Shown here piece by piece: positions 49,210 to 58,468 of a stretch of 64,000 nucleotides of DNA. The notes under the pieces are model-generated. The model did no database searches. It was not told the origin of the DNA and saw nothing but the letters and a program-made list of their open reading frames with translations. The translations under genes were made by a program, and so were the position numbers. The DNA comes from a virus. The stretch covers positions 62,848-126,847 of IMG/VR virus record IMGVR_UViG_3300034691_000040; one strand, 5' to 3'. The first letter of the stretch is position 1, and every line of letters begins with the position of its first letter.

Positions 49210-51375
49210 ATGGCAATTCTTTATAAAAAGGATTGGGAGAAATACCCAACCGCTGTTGCAAACGTTTATTCAGCAAACGAATCTTGGGTCCAAATGGCGT
49301 TTAAGCTTAAAGCCATGGGGGTACAGAACTGGGAGTGGTCTCTTGCTTTAATCCAACCGCAGTTGGTGGGTGTTGATATCTGGTCTACCGAACTGACCCT
49401 CAATCAGAAAATCATGATTCTGAACGAGTGTGAATGGAACCCATGGTTCGTATTACGCGAAGTCATGCGGGTCCCTGCTAAGTCAGGTGGCGGTACTGGA
49501 TACTTGGGGGCAAACCGGGGTAACCTGGCATTGTTCTGGTGTTTCTTTAACTCATTCATGGTCTATCTGCAACAGATCCGTCAGACGGGTAAATCCCTGA
49601 ACGTACGTATCCTGGTTGTGGCATGGCACACCTTCTGGGCTCGTGGCGCTCAACACATCCTCTTCACCAAGAGTGACTTGCGGGTTGAAGAGATCAAGGA
49701 ATACAAACTGATCCGTAGTTTCATTCCTTCATGGATGTGGGAATCACACCCTAAAGATTCCGATAACCAAACAGCCTTTACAACACTGTCACGCGGTAAT
49801 AGCACCAAAACTTACATCCCTACCATGGAAGAAGAGAACGCCAACAAAGTGGGGCGTGGTACAACCCCTACTCTGGTGACGACGGACGAAGGTCCCTTCT
49901 TGAAGCACGCCAGGATCTCCGTTGTATCGCTCCTGTCTGCCACGGGTGCGTCGTTTCGTGAGGCTGAAGCAAAAGGCGCCATGTTTGGTGTTATCTTTAC
50001 AACAACGGCGGGTGACTTGTCGACGGAGTCCGGTAAGTACTTCTACAACAAGATCAAACGTCTGTCGATGCACTTCTCTGAGTTTCTGTACGATAGCGCT
50101 AACCGTGAAGAGGCCATTGCTATCATCTTGGCTAACGGCGCTCGTGAAGAACCTCGTGTGGACATTACCTTCAGTCACCGTCAACTCGGCATTGAAGATG
50201 ATGACCTGCGTAAAATGATTGCACGGGCATCGGGTGAGATCGACCAGACCAAACGTGACTACCTGAACCAATGGACATTCGGTAGTGCGGCTAACCCAAT
50301 TCCGCCTCAGATCCTTGAGCAGATCCGTCGTGGTATTAACGATCAGGTGATCAGTCAACAAGACGCCAAGAACTACTTTAGTATCAGGTTCCACCTACCA
50401 CCTAGTGAAGTCGCCAAACGTCACAGCGTCCTTGGGATGGATACCTCGAACGCCATTGGTCGAGATGCTATCTCCGGTATCCTGACCGATGTGGAGACGG
50501 GTGAAACGCTTGCAGCTTGGACAGTGAGTGAATCCAACCTCAGTATCTTCACCATGTGGCTGGCTGGGCTGTTTGAACTCTGGCCTTTGATGACCATGGT
50601 TCCTGAAGCTAAATCATCCTGGGATGGTATCCGTGACCGTTTGCTGATCGAACTGCCTCTGCGTGGCATTGACCCTGGTCGTCGTATTTACAGCCGGGTA
50701 GTCGACGATTCTGAAAACAGCGATATGGACCGTCGTCGTTACAGGGAATACTCTCAGGGGTCGCCTTCTGAGCGTAAGTACGCACCGTTCCGTAATCAGT
50801 TTGGTTTCCCTACATCGTCTTCTTTGCGGGACACGCTGTACGGGGAAATCTTGCGTGAGGCTACACGTCATGGTCCAACGTTAATCCGTGACCAGTTGCT
50901 GGTGGATGAGCTGTCGAGTCTTGTAATGAAACGTGGCCGTATTGACCACGCTGCATCCGGGCACGATGACCATGTAATCTCATGGCTGATGAATCAATGG
51001 TTCTTGCGCTATGCCCGTAACTACGATCACTACGGTATCTCTTCGAGGTCTGTGTTGTCGAGGTTGCGTCAAGCGGCTATTGCGCACGATCCAAAAGAAA
51101 CATCGAAACTGATGCGTCAGGAAAAGATCAAGCGTCAAATCGTTGAACTTGAAGAACGGATGGAAAATGCTAAGTCGGCTATGGAAGCGGCTTACTACAG
51201 CAACCGTTTGAAATCTATTCGTTCTGAATTGGTTGAAGACGATAGCGTTCCGATCGACAGTGTGGATAGCGCAGCAGAACGTGGACGTGAGTCCCGGATC
51301 AGCAACGCGAAAGAGAAATACCGCGGTGGTTCTCTGGCAGAGCAAATCCGCCAGGGCATCAATACTCGCAGATAA
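49210..51375 (+). CDS. terL: Terminase large subunit
   Basis: Walker A QIRQTGKS, Walker B LVTTDEGP, TTTAG motif, nuclease LGMDTS and HDDHV; ATG 49210 with SD GGAG. Confidence 0.92.
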   Translation: MAILYKKDWEKYPTAVANVYSANESWVQMAFKLKAMGVQNWEWSLALIQPQLVGVDIWSTELTLNQKIMILNECEWNPWFVLREVMRVPAKSGGGTGYLGANRGNLALFWCFFNSFMVYLQQIRQTGKSLNVRILVVAWHTFWARGAQHILFTKSDLRVEEIKEYKLIRSFIPSWMWESHPKDSDNQTAFTTLSRGNSTKTYIPTMEEENANKVGRGTTPTLVTTDEGPFLKHARISVVSLLSATGASFREAEAKGAMFGVIFTTTAGDLSTESGKYFYNKIKRLSMHFSEFLYDSANREEAIAIILANGAREEPRVDITFSHRQLGIEDDDLRKMIARASGEIDQTKRDYLNQWTFGSAANPIPPQILEQIRRGINDQVISQQDAKNYFSIRFHLPPSEVAKRHSVLGMDTSNAIGRDAISGILTDVETGETLAAWTVSESNLSIFTMWLAGLFELWPLMTMVPEAKSSWDGIRDRLLIELPLRGIDPGRRIYSRVVDDSENSDMDRRRYREYSQGSPSERKYAPFRNQFGFPTSSSLRDTLYGEILREATRHGPTLIRDQLLVDELSSLVMKRGRIDHAASGHDDHVISWLMNQWFLRYARNYDHYGISSRSVLSRLRQAAIAHDPKETSKLMRQEKIKRQIVELEERMENAKSAMEAAYYSNRLKSIRSELVEDDSVPIDSVDSAAERGRESRISNAKEKYRGGSLAEQIRQGINTRR

Positions 51376-51378
51376 CAG

Positions 51379-51411
51379 CATAGAGCCCGGTCGCAATGAC
51401 CGGGCTCTATG
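51379..51411. terminator. CATA/TATG-flanked hairpin at a convergent junction
   Basis: Perfect 14-bp stem, loop GCAAT; near-copy of the 16856 hairpin. Confidence 0.78.
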
Positions 51412-51416
51412 TCGCT

Positions 51417-52637
51417 TCATGCACGCCAGCGGTGCATTGTCCAGGTACGCATCAGGATGTAGAGTAAGACCGCATTACGCACAGCCTTGATCAGCACATC
51501 GTTCTTTGATCGGATGGCATTAGACACAACACCTTCTGTCAACTCACGCAATTCCATGATCATTGGGTTGGTTGTACGACTTGCCTGATACAAAGCTTTC
51601 ATCTTACGCAGCAAGCCAGGAACGTCGCTCTTGGATTGCATGGTCGTAGGGTTTTTCGCTAAGTAGTCAAAGGCATGCTGCAAAACCAGCTCACAGATGC
51701 GTGTAACGCGTTTGTCAGCGCGAACGGATGAGTTCTCGGACATGTACGTCAATGTGGTTACTAAAGCGCTACGCGGCATTGTAGTGACCGCGCTGGCAAT
51801 AAGGTCCACCATCTCAGGGATGATGAAACTGTTCTTATCGGGCACTGTGTCCAAGATGTAACGAATGTACTTGCTGGACAGTCGACTTTTGTCACGGATC
51901 TTTAACTCACCATCAAGTTCAATAGTAGAGCCGGAGTTCCTGATTTGTAACTCAGGGGAGTTCTTAACCATCTCGAACACATCACGCACGTTCTTGATGA
52001 TGTCCTTGATACGTCCCTGAATATCGTTGGACATGTAATCGATTTTGTCAGTGAACGAAATCAGGTTCTTATAATGCAACCCGCCTTTTCTGACAATGTC
52101 ATCCGCCCGTTGCCGAAGCAGACCACCCCAGGTGCCGGCAACCTTCAAACCAAACCGATTGTTCAATGCAGCGTACGTTGCCTCTGCAATAGCCAGGTCG
52201 GCATCATATTTAAAGAAGTGGGTCATGATCGACGTCATGTGCTTATACTGCAATACCAGCGCCGATTCAAACGCACCGTGCTGGCGATCCTCCTCGTTAA
52301 GCTTATCGCTGATGAGGAACCTGTGGATCATGTACAAACACGACATGTTGAAGACATCAGACGAAACGTGACGGTGGGTCACTACTTCAGGAAGTGCATG
52401 AAGCTCATCCTCCAAGTAATGCTCATCAACTTCCATCACTTCGTCAAACCATCGGTTGCGATCCTCATCTTTAAACCGAATAGGATGGACCCCCATGAGG
52501 TTCCCGCCAAAGAACGCAATGTGGGATTCGTTTTTAGTAGCAAACCGCTGTTCGTATTCCTCAACTTTTTTGAGTAGTTTCTTGTCAAAGACTAGATGGG
52601 AACAGTGGCGATCAAATACGCTTTTGATGGTATCCAT
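51417..52637 (-). CDS. Conserved phiKZ-like core virion protein
   Basis: 406 aa; FFGGNLMGVHPIRF and WTPLV-less helical body; convergent with terL as recalled for related phages. Confidence 0.6.
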   Translation of the reverse strand: MDTIKSVFDRHCSHLVFDKKLLKKVEEYEQRFATKNESHIAFFGGNLMGVHPIRFKDEDRNRWFDEVMEVDEHYLEDELHALPEVVTHRHVSSDVFNMSCLYMIHRFLISDKLNEEDRQHGAFESALVLQYKHMTSIMTHFFKYDADLAIAEATYAALNNRFGLKVAGTWGGLLRQRADDIVRKGGLHYKNLISFTDKIDYMSNDIQGRIKDIIKNVRDVFEMVKNSPELQIRNSGSTIELDGELKIRDKSRLSSKYIRYILDTVPDKNSFIIPEMVDLIASAVTTMPRSALVTTLTYMSENSSVRADKRVTRICELVLQHAFDYLAKNPTTMQSKSDVPGLLRKMKALYQASRTTNPMIMELRELTEGVVSNAIRSKNDVLIKAVRNAVLLYILMRTWTMHRWRA

Positions 52638-52683
52638 TAGTATCTCGGCTATAGAAGAGGCCTACTGGTGCTCACAAGATAGA

Positions 52684-52707
52684 GTTAAAAACAACTGAGC
52701 AATACAT
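52684..52707 (+). promoter_or_regulatory. Candidate phage early promoter
   Basis: GTTAAAAACAACTGAGCAATACAT heads the accessory block. Confidence 0.55.
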
Positions 52708-52740
52708 AATCGATGGGTAACCTACGCAGGAGACTGTACC

Positions 52741-52929
52741 ATGATGGCTGTAAGAATACAGGTGGGTGAGCAACACAGGCTCCGTAATGGAGAAGATGAG
52801 GATTGCGATAAGTGTGATTGCAAGGCCGTTGTACGACTTACTGAAGCTACCCCTAACGGAGCTACTTACGGGTTTTATTGCAAGGATTGTCTTGAAGATG
52901 TAACCGAGAAACAAAAACAAACTTCTTAA
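52741..52929 (+). CDS. Small zinc-finger protein (62 aa)
   Basis: CDKC...CKDC; SD AGGAG. Confidence 0.65.
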   Translation: MMAVRIQVGEQHRLRNGEDEDCDKCDCKAVVRLTEATPNGATYGFYCKDCLEDVTEKQKQTS

Positions 52930-52950
52930 ATAGTAAAGGGAAATTGTATC

Positions 52951-53607
52951 ATGACTGGTGTAACCGAACGTAAAGGCTCTATTCATTGCCGATCCTCGTT
53001 TTCCATCGTCAAGCACATGCTGGCTGATTGTGCGCAATCCTTCCGCTCTGATATTGCTGGAACCGATGAGCGTTTCAAAGACCTTGGCTACGACGCAGTA
53101 CCTATCACTGACATCGAATACGAACAACAAATGGTCAAAGCCATCGGCGAAGACCAGGTATCGGCCGAGGAGTTCACTCGAATGCTGCGAGGCGAACACA
53201 GCCCAATCGTCATGGGTTTGTCAACGCCTCGTGTCACCGCTGTGGTCGAATGTGAAGAACCTACGACCGACTATCAGAAGAAAGTGGCTGACGACACTGG
53301 CCGTGTAACTGTCGGCTTGTACTACATGCCGTTACAAACCTGGTCCGATACTGATTCCCTGCTTACTTACTTTGGCATTCTCAACGGCTTGTCGCCTAAA
53401 GAGTTTGCTAAAGAGAAGCAGTGCGAACTGTATCAAACAATGCTCGATAAAGCCATTCAGTTGTTCATCGCTGAAGATCGCGCATTTGCGGTACAGCTGA
53501 AACGCCGTGGCTGTTGCCCAAACTGGATGGCAAAGAAGCCAACCACTGATACACAAATGGCAATCACATTGCCAAGCGGTAACCGAGTTGTATTTGACGA
53601 TTTCTAG
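52951..53607 (+). CDS. Hypothetical protein (218 aa)
   Basis: SD AAGGG. Confidence 0.7.
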   Translation: MTGVTERKGSIHCRSSFSIVKHMLADCAQSFRSDIAGTDERFKDLGYDAVPITDIEYEQQMVKAIGEDQVSAEEFTRMLRGEHSPIVMGLSTPRVTAVVECEEPTTDYQKKVADDTGRVTVGLYYMPLQTWSDTDSLLTYFGILNGLSPKEFAKEKQCELYQTMLDKAIQLFIAEDRAFAVQLKRRGCCPNWMAKKPTTDTQMAITLPSGNRVVFDDF

Positions 53608-53622
53608 AAGAGAGAAGGCATC

Positions 53623-54087
53623 ATGGAAAGCTTAATTATTGCGGGCTTCACACTACAGGAACAAGTGGTGGGACAGCCGGTTGCCTCGGGGGTGTTAACC
53701 AAACCTGGGGTCATTGTGATGCGGGATATCGAAACAGGGCTTTATGCTGTCTCGGATACTCCAGATCTGAAGTGGGCGTTGAACATGCTCACTCAAGGCC
53801 AGAACTTTAACAAAGTCTTTGTTCACAAGTACCATGAAGACGTGGCAAAGAAAGTGCGGGTCTGGTACCTGCAGATCAAACAAACTGGTTTGTCGAAAGA
53901 CTTCCAGCTGACGCGCAATCATTGCCGCATCGCACTGTTGGGTGAGCTTGCACCACCCGGTCAGAATGAAGGTGTGTTTAACAAAGTCAAGGCACTGAAC
54001 GCTAAGAACCCTAAAGCGTACGAGCACCTTGTCCGGCACATTCACAATCTACCTGCCCGCATGGAGCGCGCTCATGCCCAATATTGA
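53623..54087 (+). CDS. Hypothetical protein, possibly degenerate GIY-YIG-like
   Basis: PGVIVMRDIETGLYAVSDTPDLKWAL has GIY-x-YIG spacing without the key residues. Confidence 0.5.
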   Translation: MESLIIAGFTLQEQVVGQPVASGVLTKPGVIVMRDIETGLYAVSDTPDLKWALNMLTQGQNFNKVFVHKYHEDVAKKVRVWYLQIKQTGLSKDFQLTRNHCRIALLGELAPPGQNEGVFNKVKALNAKNPKAYEHLVRHIHNLPARMERAHAQY

Positions 54088-54442
54088 TAAAGACATGCTC
54101 ATCTTCCCTCGTAACTTTGACAAGGGGCGGTTGAAACCAGAGGATGCTTCCGGGTATGAGTTCACACCGGAGGACTCTGTTATTATCGGACAGTACCTGC
54201 TGTTCCTCAAGGGGAAGGTCTACGTTCCGGTAGTCGTCATGTACCGTTGGCTTGGCGAGTTGTTTGAAAAGCTGCCGCATATTGATCGGACTGTGCTTTA
54301 TCGAATGGCTGGTGAAGTAATGGGGTATCACGGCTGGCGGCCGATGCTTCATCGTAAATGCACGTACGAGTTCAATCAGAACCGCCGGCACAAGCAGTAC
54401 CGCGCCACGAAAGACAAGCGCGCTAAAACCGAACACGCCTAA
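54074..54442 (+). CDS. Hypothetical protein with basic tail (122 aa)
   Basis: ATG 54074 with SD GGAG; overlaps the upstream stop. Confidence 0.65.
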   Translation: MPNIDKDMLIFPRNFDKGRLKPEDASGYEFTPEDSVIIGQYLLFLKGKVYVPVVVMYRWLGELFEKLPHIDRTVLYRMAGEVMGYHGWRPMLHRKCTYEFNQNRRHKQYRATKDKRAKTEHA

Positions 54443-54472
54443 CATCCTACCTTTTGAACATGGAGCAACACC

Positions 54473-55195
54473 GTGAAATATTTGTCCGAAGCTGACCGTA
54501 AACTTTTCCAACAACACCGCGCCTGGGAACAGCGCCCTCTGACCAAGTCGGAGCGTGTGATTACTGAAGCGCTGGTCTTCAGCAAGATGACCAACACCTC
54601 TGACGACGAACATTTCGTCATGAAAGAGTTGATCCACAATACCTTCGGCCATATGTTCGAGCGCCGTAACCTCATCATCGCCGCCCTGAAAGATCCAGTG
54701 GCGATGGATAAAGTACTGGCTCTGTATCCGTACGTGCTGTCGGCGTACCTGCACGCCAATACGCCAGAAACTGGCATGTTGTCTGCAGCATTGCGTGGCG
54801 TCAATGATGAGCAGATGGGTCACATGAAGACCTGGTTCAATAACTTCATCGGCGCTATGTCGATGATTCCCAAGTTTGAAATCCCGTACCTCGTGTACAA
54901 CGGCCAGGGTCCGGATCGCCCGAACAACAACACACGTAGCCCAGAAAACAAGCAGGAGGCGCTCTGGGGTGTTGCGGTTAACCCAACCGCGCAGAAAACG
55001 TTTACCGAGCTGTTCGGTTATCGGAAGGCCCATTACTTCAAGTGGATCTTCGATTGTAAGCTGCACAAGGATAAAGCCTTCGCAGCTCAAGTCGAGATCG
55101 ATATCGACGAAGTCAGCTATCCTGGCCTGCAACACATCCCAACCGTCGTGGTCAACTACCGCGGTCACAAGGCGACGTTCTTCACCGCGGGGTAA
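54473..55195 (+). CDS. Hypothetical protein (240 aa)
   Basis: GTG start with SD GGAG; biased codons. Confidence 0.75.
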   Translation: MKYLSEADRKLFQQHRAWEQRPLTKSERVITEALVFSKMTNTSDDEHFVMKELIHNTFGHMFERRNLIIAALKDPVAMDKVLALYPYVLSAYLHANTPETGMLSAALRGVNDEQMGHMKTWFNNFIGAMSMIPKFEIPYLVYNGQGPDRPNNNTRSPENKQEALWGVAVNPTAQKTFTELFGYRKAHYFKWIFDCKLHKDKAFAAQVEIDIDEVSYPGLQHIPTVVVNYRGHKATFFTAG

Positions 55196-55200
55196 TTCCC

Positions 55201-55425
55201 TTGAAGTACATCCTGTTTAGCATCATCCAAACCATCACCAGCTCGAATGCTGTTTCAAACAGTCAGGAAAGTAGGCTGATGGAAAACGAGGGAGGATGTA
55301 AGACATTGCAGGAGCTCATGATTCCTCAACCTTCTTCTTCCTCAGCTCGCAAATTGGTATACGTTTCCACTGTTAAAGGTAACGTTACCACCCACACCGT
55401 AATTTGTTCGCCACTACGCGATTAA
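55201..55425 (+). CDS. Small hypothetical protein (74 aa)
   Basis: TTG start; fills the gap between co-oriented genes; two Cys. Confidence 0.45.
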   Translation: MKYILFSIIQTITSSNAVSNSQESRLMENEGGCKTLQELMIPQPSSSSARKLVYVSTVKGNVTTHTVICSPLRD

Positions 55426-55435
55426 GGATTCAAGC

Positions 55436-56449
55436 ATGTACCCAATTGGTAACGTAAAACAAAACGGTCTGTTCGCACTGGGCGGTCAGGTTCTTCGCGC
55501 TTTGAAGGATTTCAACTTCTACGTTGAATATGCGCTGTTCGTCAACAACACTCCGGACTTCACCCAGGAGTCTGTAAAGCTCTGGGTTGAAACGCTGGGT
55601 TCCCTTCTGGAACGCACCGAGGAAAATGTGAACGAGTACCACTCGCTCACTGATCGTCAACAGCAGGATGTCGATTTCAACTTCAACGGCGAGCGTATGC
55701 CGACCGTCGCGGCGCTGGAGTTTGTCCAGAAGGTGTTTCCGAACATTGCCGACTTCATCGACCCGTACCAGATCGCCACAATCGCCAGCCATCTGGACAT
55801 GGTCCTCACCCTCGGTTCTGTTCACGAACTGCTGACGGCCCTGGCTACCCAGGAATGCCCGAACCCGCAGATCATGACCAATGCGCTCAGCGAACTGGTC
55901 ATCGCCATCAACCTCCCGCTGATGGAAGAAGAACAAAAGCGCATCATCGCTGAGCATGGCTACGCTATCTCACCAGTGTGCGGTGAGAAGGCGAACTACG
56001 CGTTCACCCTCTCCGGCGATACTGCGTTCGGTACCGAACTGCTGTGCGTGCAAGGTAAGGCTGATCCTGATCTGATCTGCTCCCTGATGGGTTGCGTGAT
56101 CGCACTGATCCAGGAAGGTAAGCAGGTCCTGGAGATCGACGACACCATCGCTACGATGAAAGATGGCAGCGTGATGCGCTACCTCTTGATCAAGGCTGAT
56201 CCAATCCTCGCTATCGCCGAGTTGGGCGAGTTGGGCTCTATCAAGGCCGGCAGCCCGCTGGTGCAGCTGGTAGTCGCTGACATCAACAACCTCCTGCCTG
56301 GCGAAGAAGGTTACGACAGCGTGAACTTCTATCAGCCGGTGTTTGAGCTGAAAGAAGAAACTGCTGGCGAGGTCCAGGAAGAAGACATCGTCGAATCGGC
56401 TGAGTCCATCGTTGCGCGCGCAGCAGCTGAAGCGGGCAAAGATGTCTGA
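55436..56449 (+). CDS. Protein with C-terminal DUF4262-like domain
   Basis: IAEHGYAI...YAFT...GTEL...G and LVQLVVAD...LPGEEGYD resemble DUF4262 patterns. Confidence 0.55.
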   Translation: MYPIGNVKQNGLFALGGQVLRALKDFNFYVEYALFVNNTPDFTQESVKLWVETLGSLLERTEENVNEYHSLTDRQQQDVDFNFNGERMPTVAALEFVQKVFPNIADFIDPYQIATIASHLDMVLTLGSVHELLTALATQECPNPQIMTNALSELVIAINLPLMEEEQKRIIAEHGYAISPVCGEKANYAFTLSGDTAFGTELLCVQGKADPDLICSLMGCVIALIQEGKQVLEIDDTIATMKDGSVMRYLLIKADPILAIAELGELGSIKAGSPLVQLVVADINNLLPGEEGYDSVNFYQPVFELKEETAGEVQEEDIVESAESIVARAAAEAGKDV

Positions 56450-56732
56450 GGAAGTTTTCTCACGAGAACATCCTGTCGCCAGTCAGCTCATTTGGGCAAA
56501 CTCCAGTGAGCTGACATCGGTCCAGCTTTTAGTCCCAGTCGTCGATAAGTGGAAGCTTGTTGAAGAAGGTACGGAAGAGGGTTCGATCGCAGCAGTCAGT
56601 CAAATAACCGGTGTGCGTCTGCCTTTCACGCCTGGTGTGGTGAAGAAACAAAACCTGAAGATCGGTGACATCGTGGAAGTGCGCGAAGGTCCTGAACGTA
56701 AGGATGACGTGGTGTCGGTTATTCGGAGCTAA
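56442..56732 (+). CDS. Hypothetical protein (96 aa)
   Basis: ATG overlaps the upstream stop region; beta-rich C-terminus. Confidence 0.65.
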   Translation: MSEEVFSREHPVASQLIWANSSELTSVQLLVPVVDKWKLVEEGTEEGSIAAVSQITGVRLPFTPGVVKKQNLKIGDIVEVREGPERKDDVVSVIRS

Positions 56733-56739
56733 AGCTAAG

Positions 56740-56775
56740 GCACGGTCCTCAGGGATCGTGCTTTATGCCCTTTTC
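56740..56775 (+). terminator. Hairpin followed by TTTATG and a T-rich tail
   Basis: 9-bp stem GCACGGTCC/GGATCGTGC, loop TCAG. Confidence 0.6.
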
Positions 56776-56779
56776 ATTT

Positions 56780-56797
56780 TAAGACCTAAGGAGGTCA
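56780..56797 (+). promoter_or_regulatory. SD-overlapping hairpin, copy 1
   Basis: TAAGACCTAAGGAGGTCA; 17/18 identical to 58870-58887. Confidence 0.55.
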
Positions 56798-56798
56798 C

Positions 56799-56891
56799 AT
56801 GCTCTCTTTTATTGGCGGTATCGTACTGGTAATCCTGGCGCTGCGTGGCTTGGTTGCATTCATTGGAGATTTCAGCCGGAGTAAGAACTAA
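56799..56891 (+). CDS. 30-aa membrane peptide
   Basis: MLSFIGGIVLVILALRGLVAFIGDFSRSKN; SD TAAGGAGG; TAATG coupling to the next gene. Confidence 0.7.
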   Translation: MLSFIGGIVLVILALRGLVAFIGDFSRSKN

Positions 56892-57349
56892 TGCCTACTC
56901 CGCTGACCAACGCTGAAGCTTACTTAAAGTTGATGTCTGGCTTTTCCATCATCAGCAATGGCGCGTACACCTACGTAGTTGATGGCGAATACGACCATTG
57001 CTACTACATGGCTTACGGTACTTATCCAGGCTGCTTGCGAGGTGGTGAAACGCCGGCACATACCGATGAACACTGGCTGAACCAGTCGTGGTCTCGGGTC
57101 TCCACTATAGAGATCATAATCCGTAATGGCTGGTTTCCAAGCGAAGCCGGTAATACAATGGCTGATAGTATCCGGGCGCGCGAACGGGCAGGGGGTCATG
57201 TAGTCCCAAGCTTTGAAGACATGATCTCTTACGCGCTGGATAACGGCACGCCAAGCCATCTGCTGAAAGACCCAATGACCAGCGGTCCGTACTGGAAAGA
57301 ATATTTCGTGATGAAGGGATTGTATCCCGCGGAGAAAGACAATGCCTGA
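56891..57349 (+). CDS. Hypothetical protein (152 aa)
   Basis: Translationally coupled on both sides. Confidence 0.7.
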   Translation: MPTPLTNAEAYLKLMSGFSIISNGAYTYVVDGEYDHCYYMAYGTYPGCLRGGETPAHTDEHWLNQSWSRVSTIEIIIRNGWFPSEAGNTMADSIRARERAGGHVVPSFEDMISYALDNGTPSHLLKDPMTSGPYWKEYFVMKGLYPAEKDNA

Positions 57350-57578
57350 AGAAGAAAGCAAGTACCCTATCGGTGATGCCGGTGAAAACTTCCAACCTGA
57401 TGCAATGGAAGACTTCGATCGCCGCGTACAGTCTGGCGAGTTCGCCAAGCTTACCATGGACGAAATCCGTCGCGTCTACGTGAACGAAGAAATCGACTTC
57501 GTGCAACACCAGGAAGAGATGGAAATGCTCGAAGAGCAGAATCGTCGTGAAGAACAAGAGTCCGACCAGGACGACTAA
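57342..57578 (+). CDS. Small acidic protein (78 aa)
   Basis: D/E-rich; overlaps the upstream stop; followed by a terminator. Confidence 0.7.
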   Translation: MPEEESKYPIGDAGENFQPDAMEDFDRRVQSGEFAKLTMDEIRRVYVNEEIDFVQHQEEMEMLEEQNRREEQESDQDD

Positions 57579-57590
57579 CCAACCTTTACG

Positions 57591-57630
57591 GACGGGCGTC
57601 TTCGGACGCCTGTTCTTATGTTTCTTTTTT
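57591..57630 (+). terminator. Intrinsic terminator with TATG
   Basis: GGCGTC-TTCG-GACGCC core, TATG at 57617, T-run. Confidence 0.75.
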
Positions 57631-57649
57631 ATTACCTTAGGGGTATGTC

Positions 57650-58468
57650 ATGATTGGATTCACTAAAGAGCAGCTGTTCGAATTCATGCGCGAACGTCCG
57701 CGTGATGTTGATTCGCACGATCTTAAGCCTTTCTTCCTGGCCACATTGCTGGATAATGCGGTCAAGAACAGCGGTGGTTCTTTCACGATCAGCAGTTCGC
57801 GTGGTAATTCTTCTGGCAAACAGTATCCGGTTACTGGTTTCTCCGCAGTGATCGTGAAAGAAGAAAGAAAGCCAGAGGGTTATCAGCTCAATGTGCAAGT
57901 AGACGACATTGACCTGAGTGGCCTGGCTGGGTTCTTCAGCAATTACCGCGGTGGGTTCGTTGTGGACACGCCTATGTCCGAGTTCGTGCAAGATCGTCAG
58001 GATCAGCGACGGGACCACAGAAATGACACGTTCGAATTCAACATTACTGCACAGCTTTTGCTACTGCCGTTGTTGATCGAATTCGAAGTGCTCTGGGCGG
58101 AATATTGGCTTGCGGGCATGGGTTACAAAACCTCCGAGGCTAAAAAACTGACTGAACATCAGATCTATTTCCTCGACCGCGATAACGACGGTGCGCCTTG
58201 GTCGTTTGGTGAACCAGTTATGCTTGTAAAGCAGATCGATGGCGTCCATATCGAGCACGGGAGTATTTGCGACTGCTATACGTCCGACAATCGTTGGTTC
58301 CATAGCTCTAACCTGTATACAGTCGATCAGTTGCTGACCATTCGCAGTCAGCCATTTCGCAGTGCTTCGCGTCCTGATCGTGACCGCACTCCGCCACCGC
58401 CAATCTTCAATCAAGTCATCGGTGCCTATAAAGCAGCTGTAGCGGTCAAAGAAGGACCAAAAGAATGA
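57650..58468 (+). CDS. Hypothetical protein (272 aa)
   Basis: SD AGGGG. Confidence 0.7.
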   Translation: MIGFTKEQLFEFMRERPRDVDSHDLKPFFLATLLDNAVKNSGGSFTISSSRGNSSGKQYPVTGFSAVIVKEERKPEGYQLNVQVDDIDLSGLAGFFSNYRGGFVVDTPMSEFVQDRQDQRRDHRNDTFEFNITAQLLLLPLLIEFEVLWAEYWLAGMGYKTSEAKKLTEHQIYFLDRDNDGAPWSFGEPVMLVKQIDGVHIEHGSICDCYTSDNRWFHSSNLYTVDQLLTIRSQPFRSASRPDRDRTPPPPIFNQVIGAYKAAVAVKEGPKE

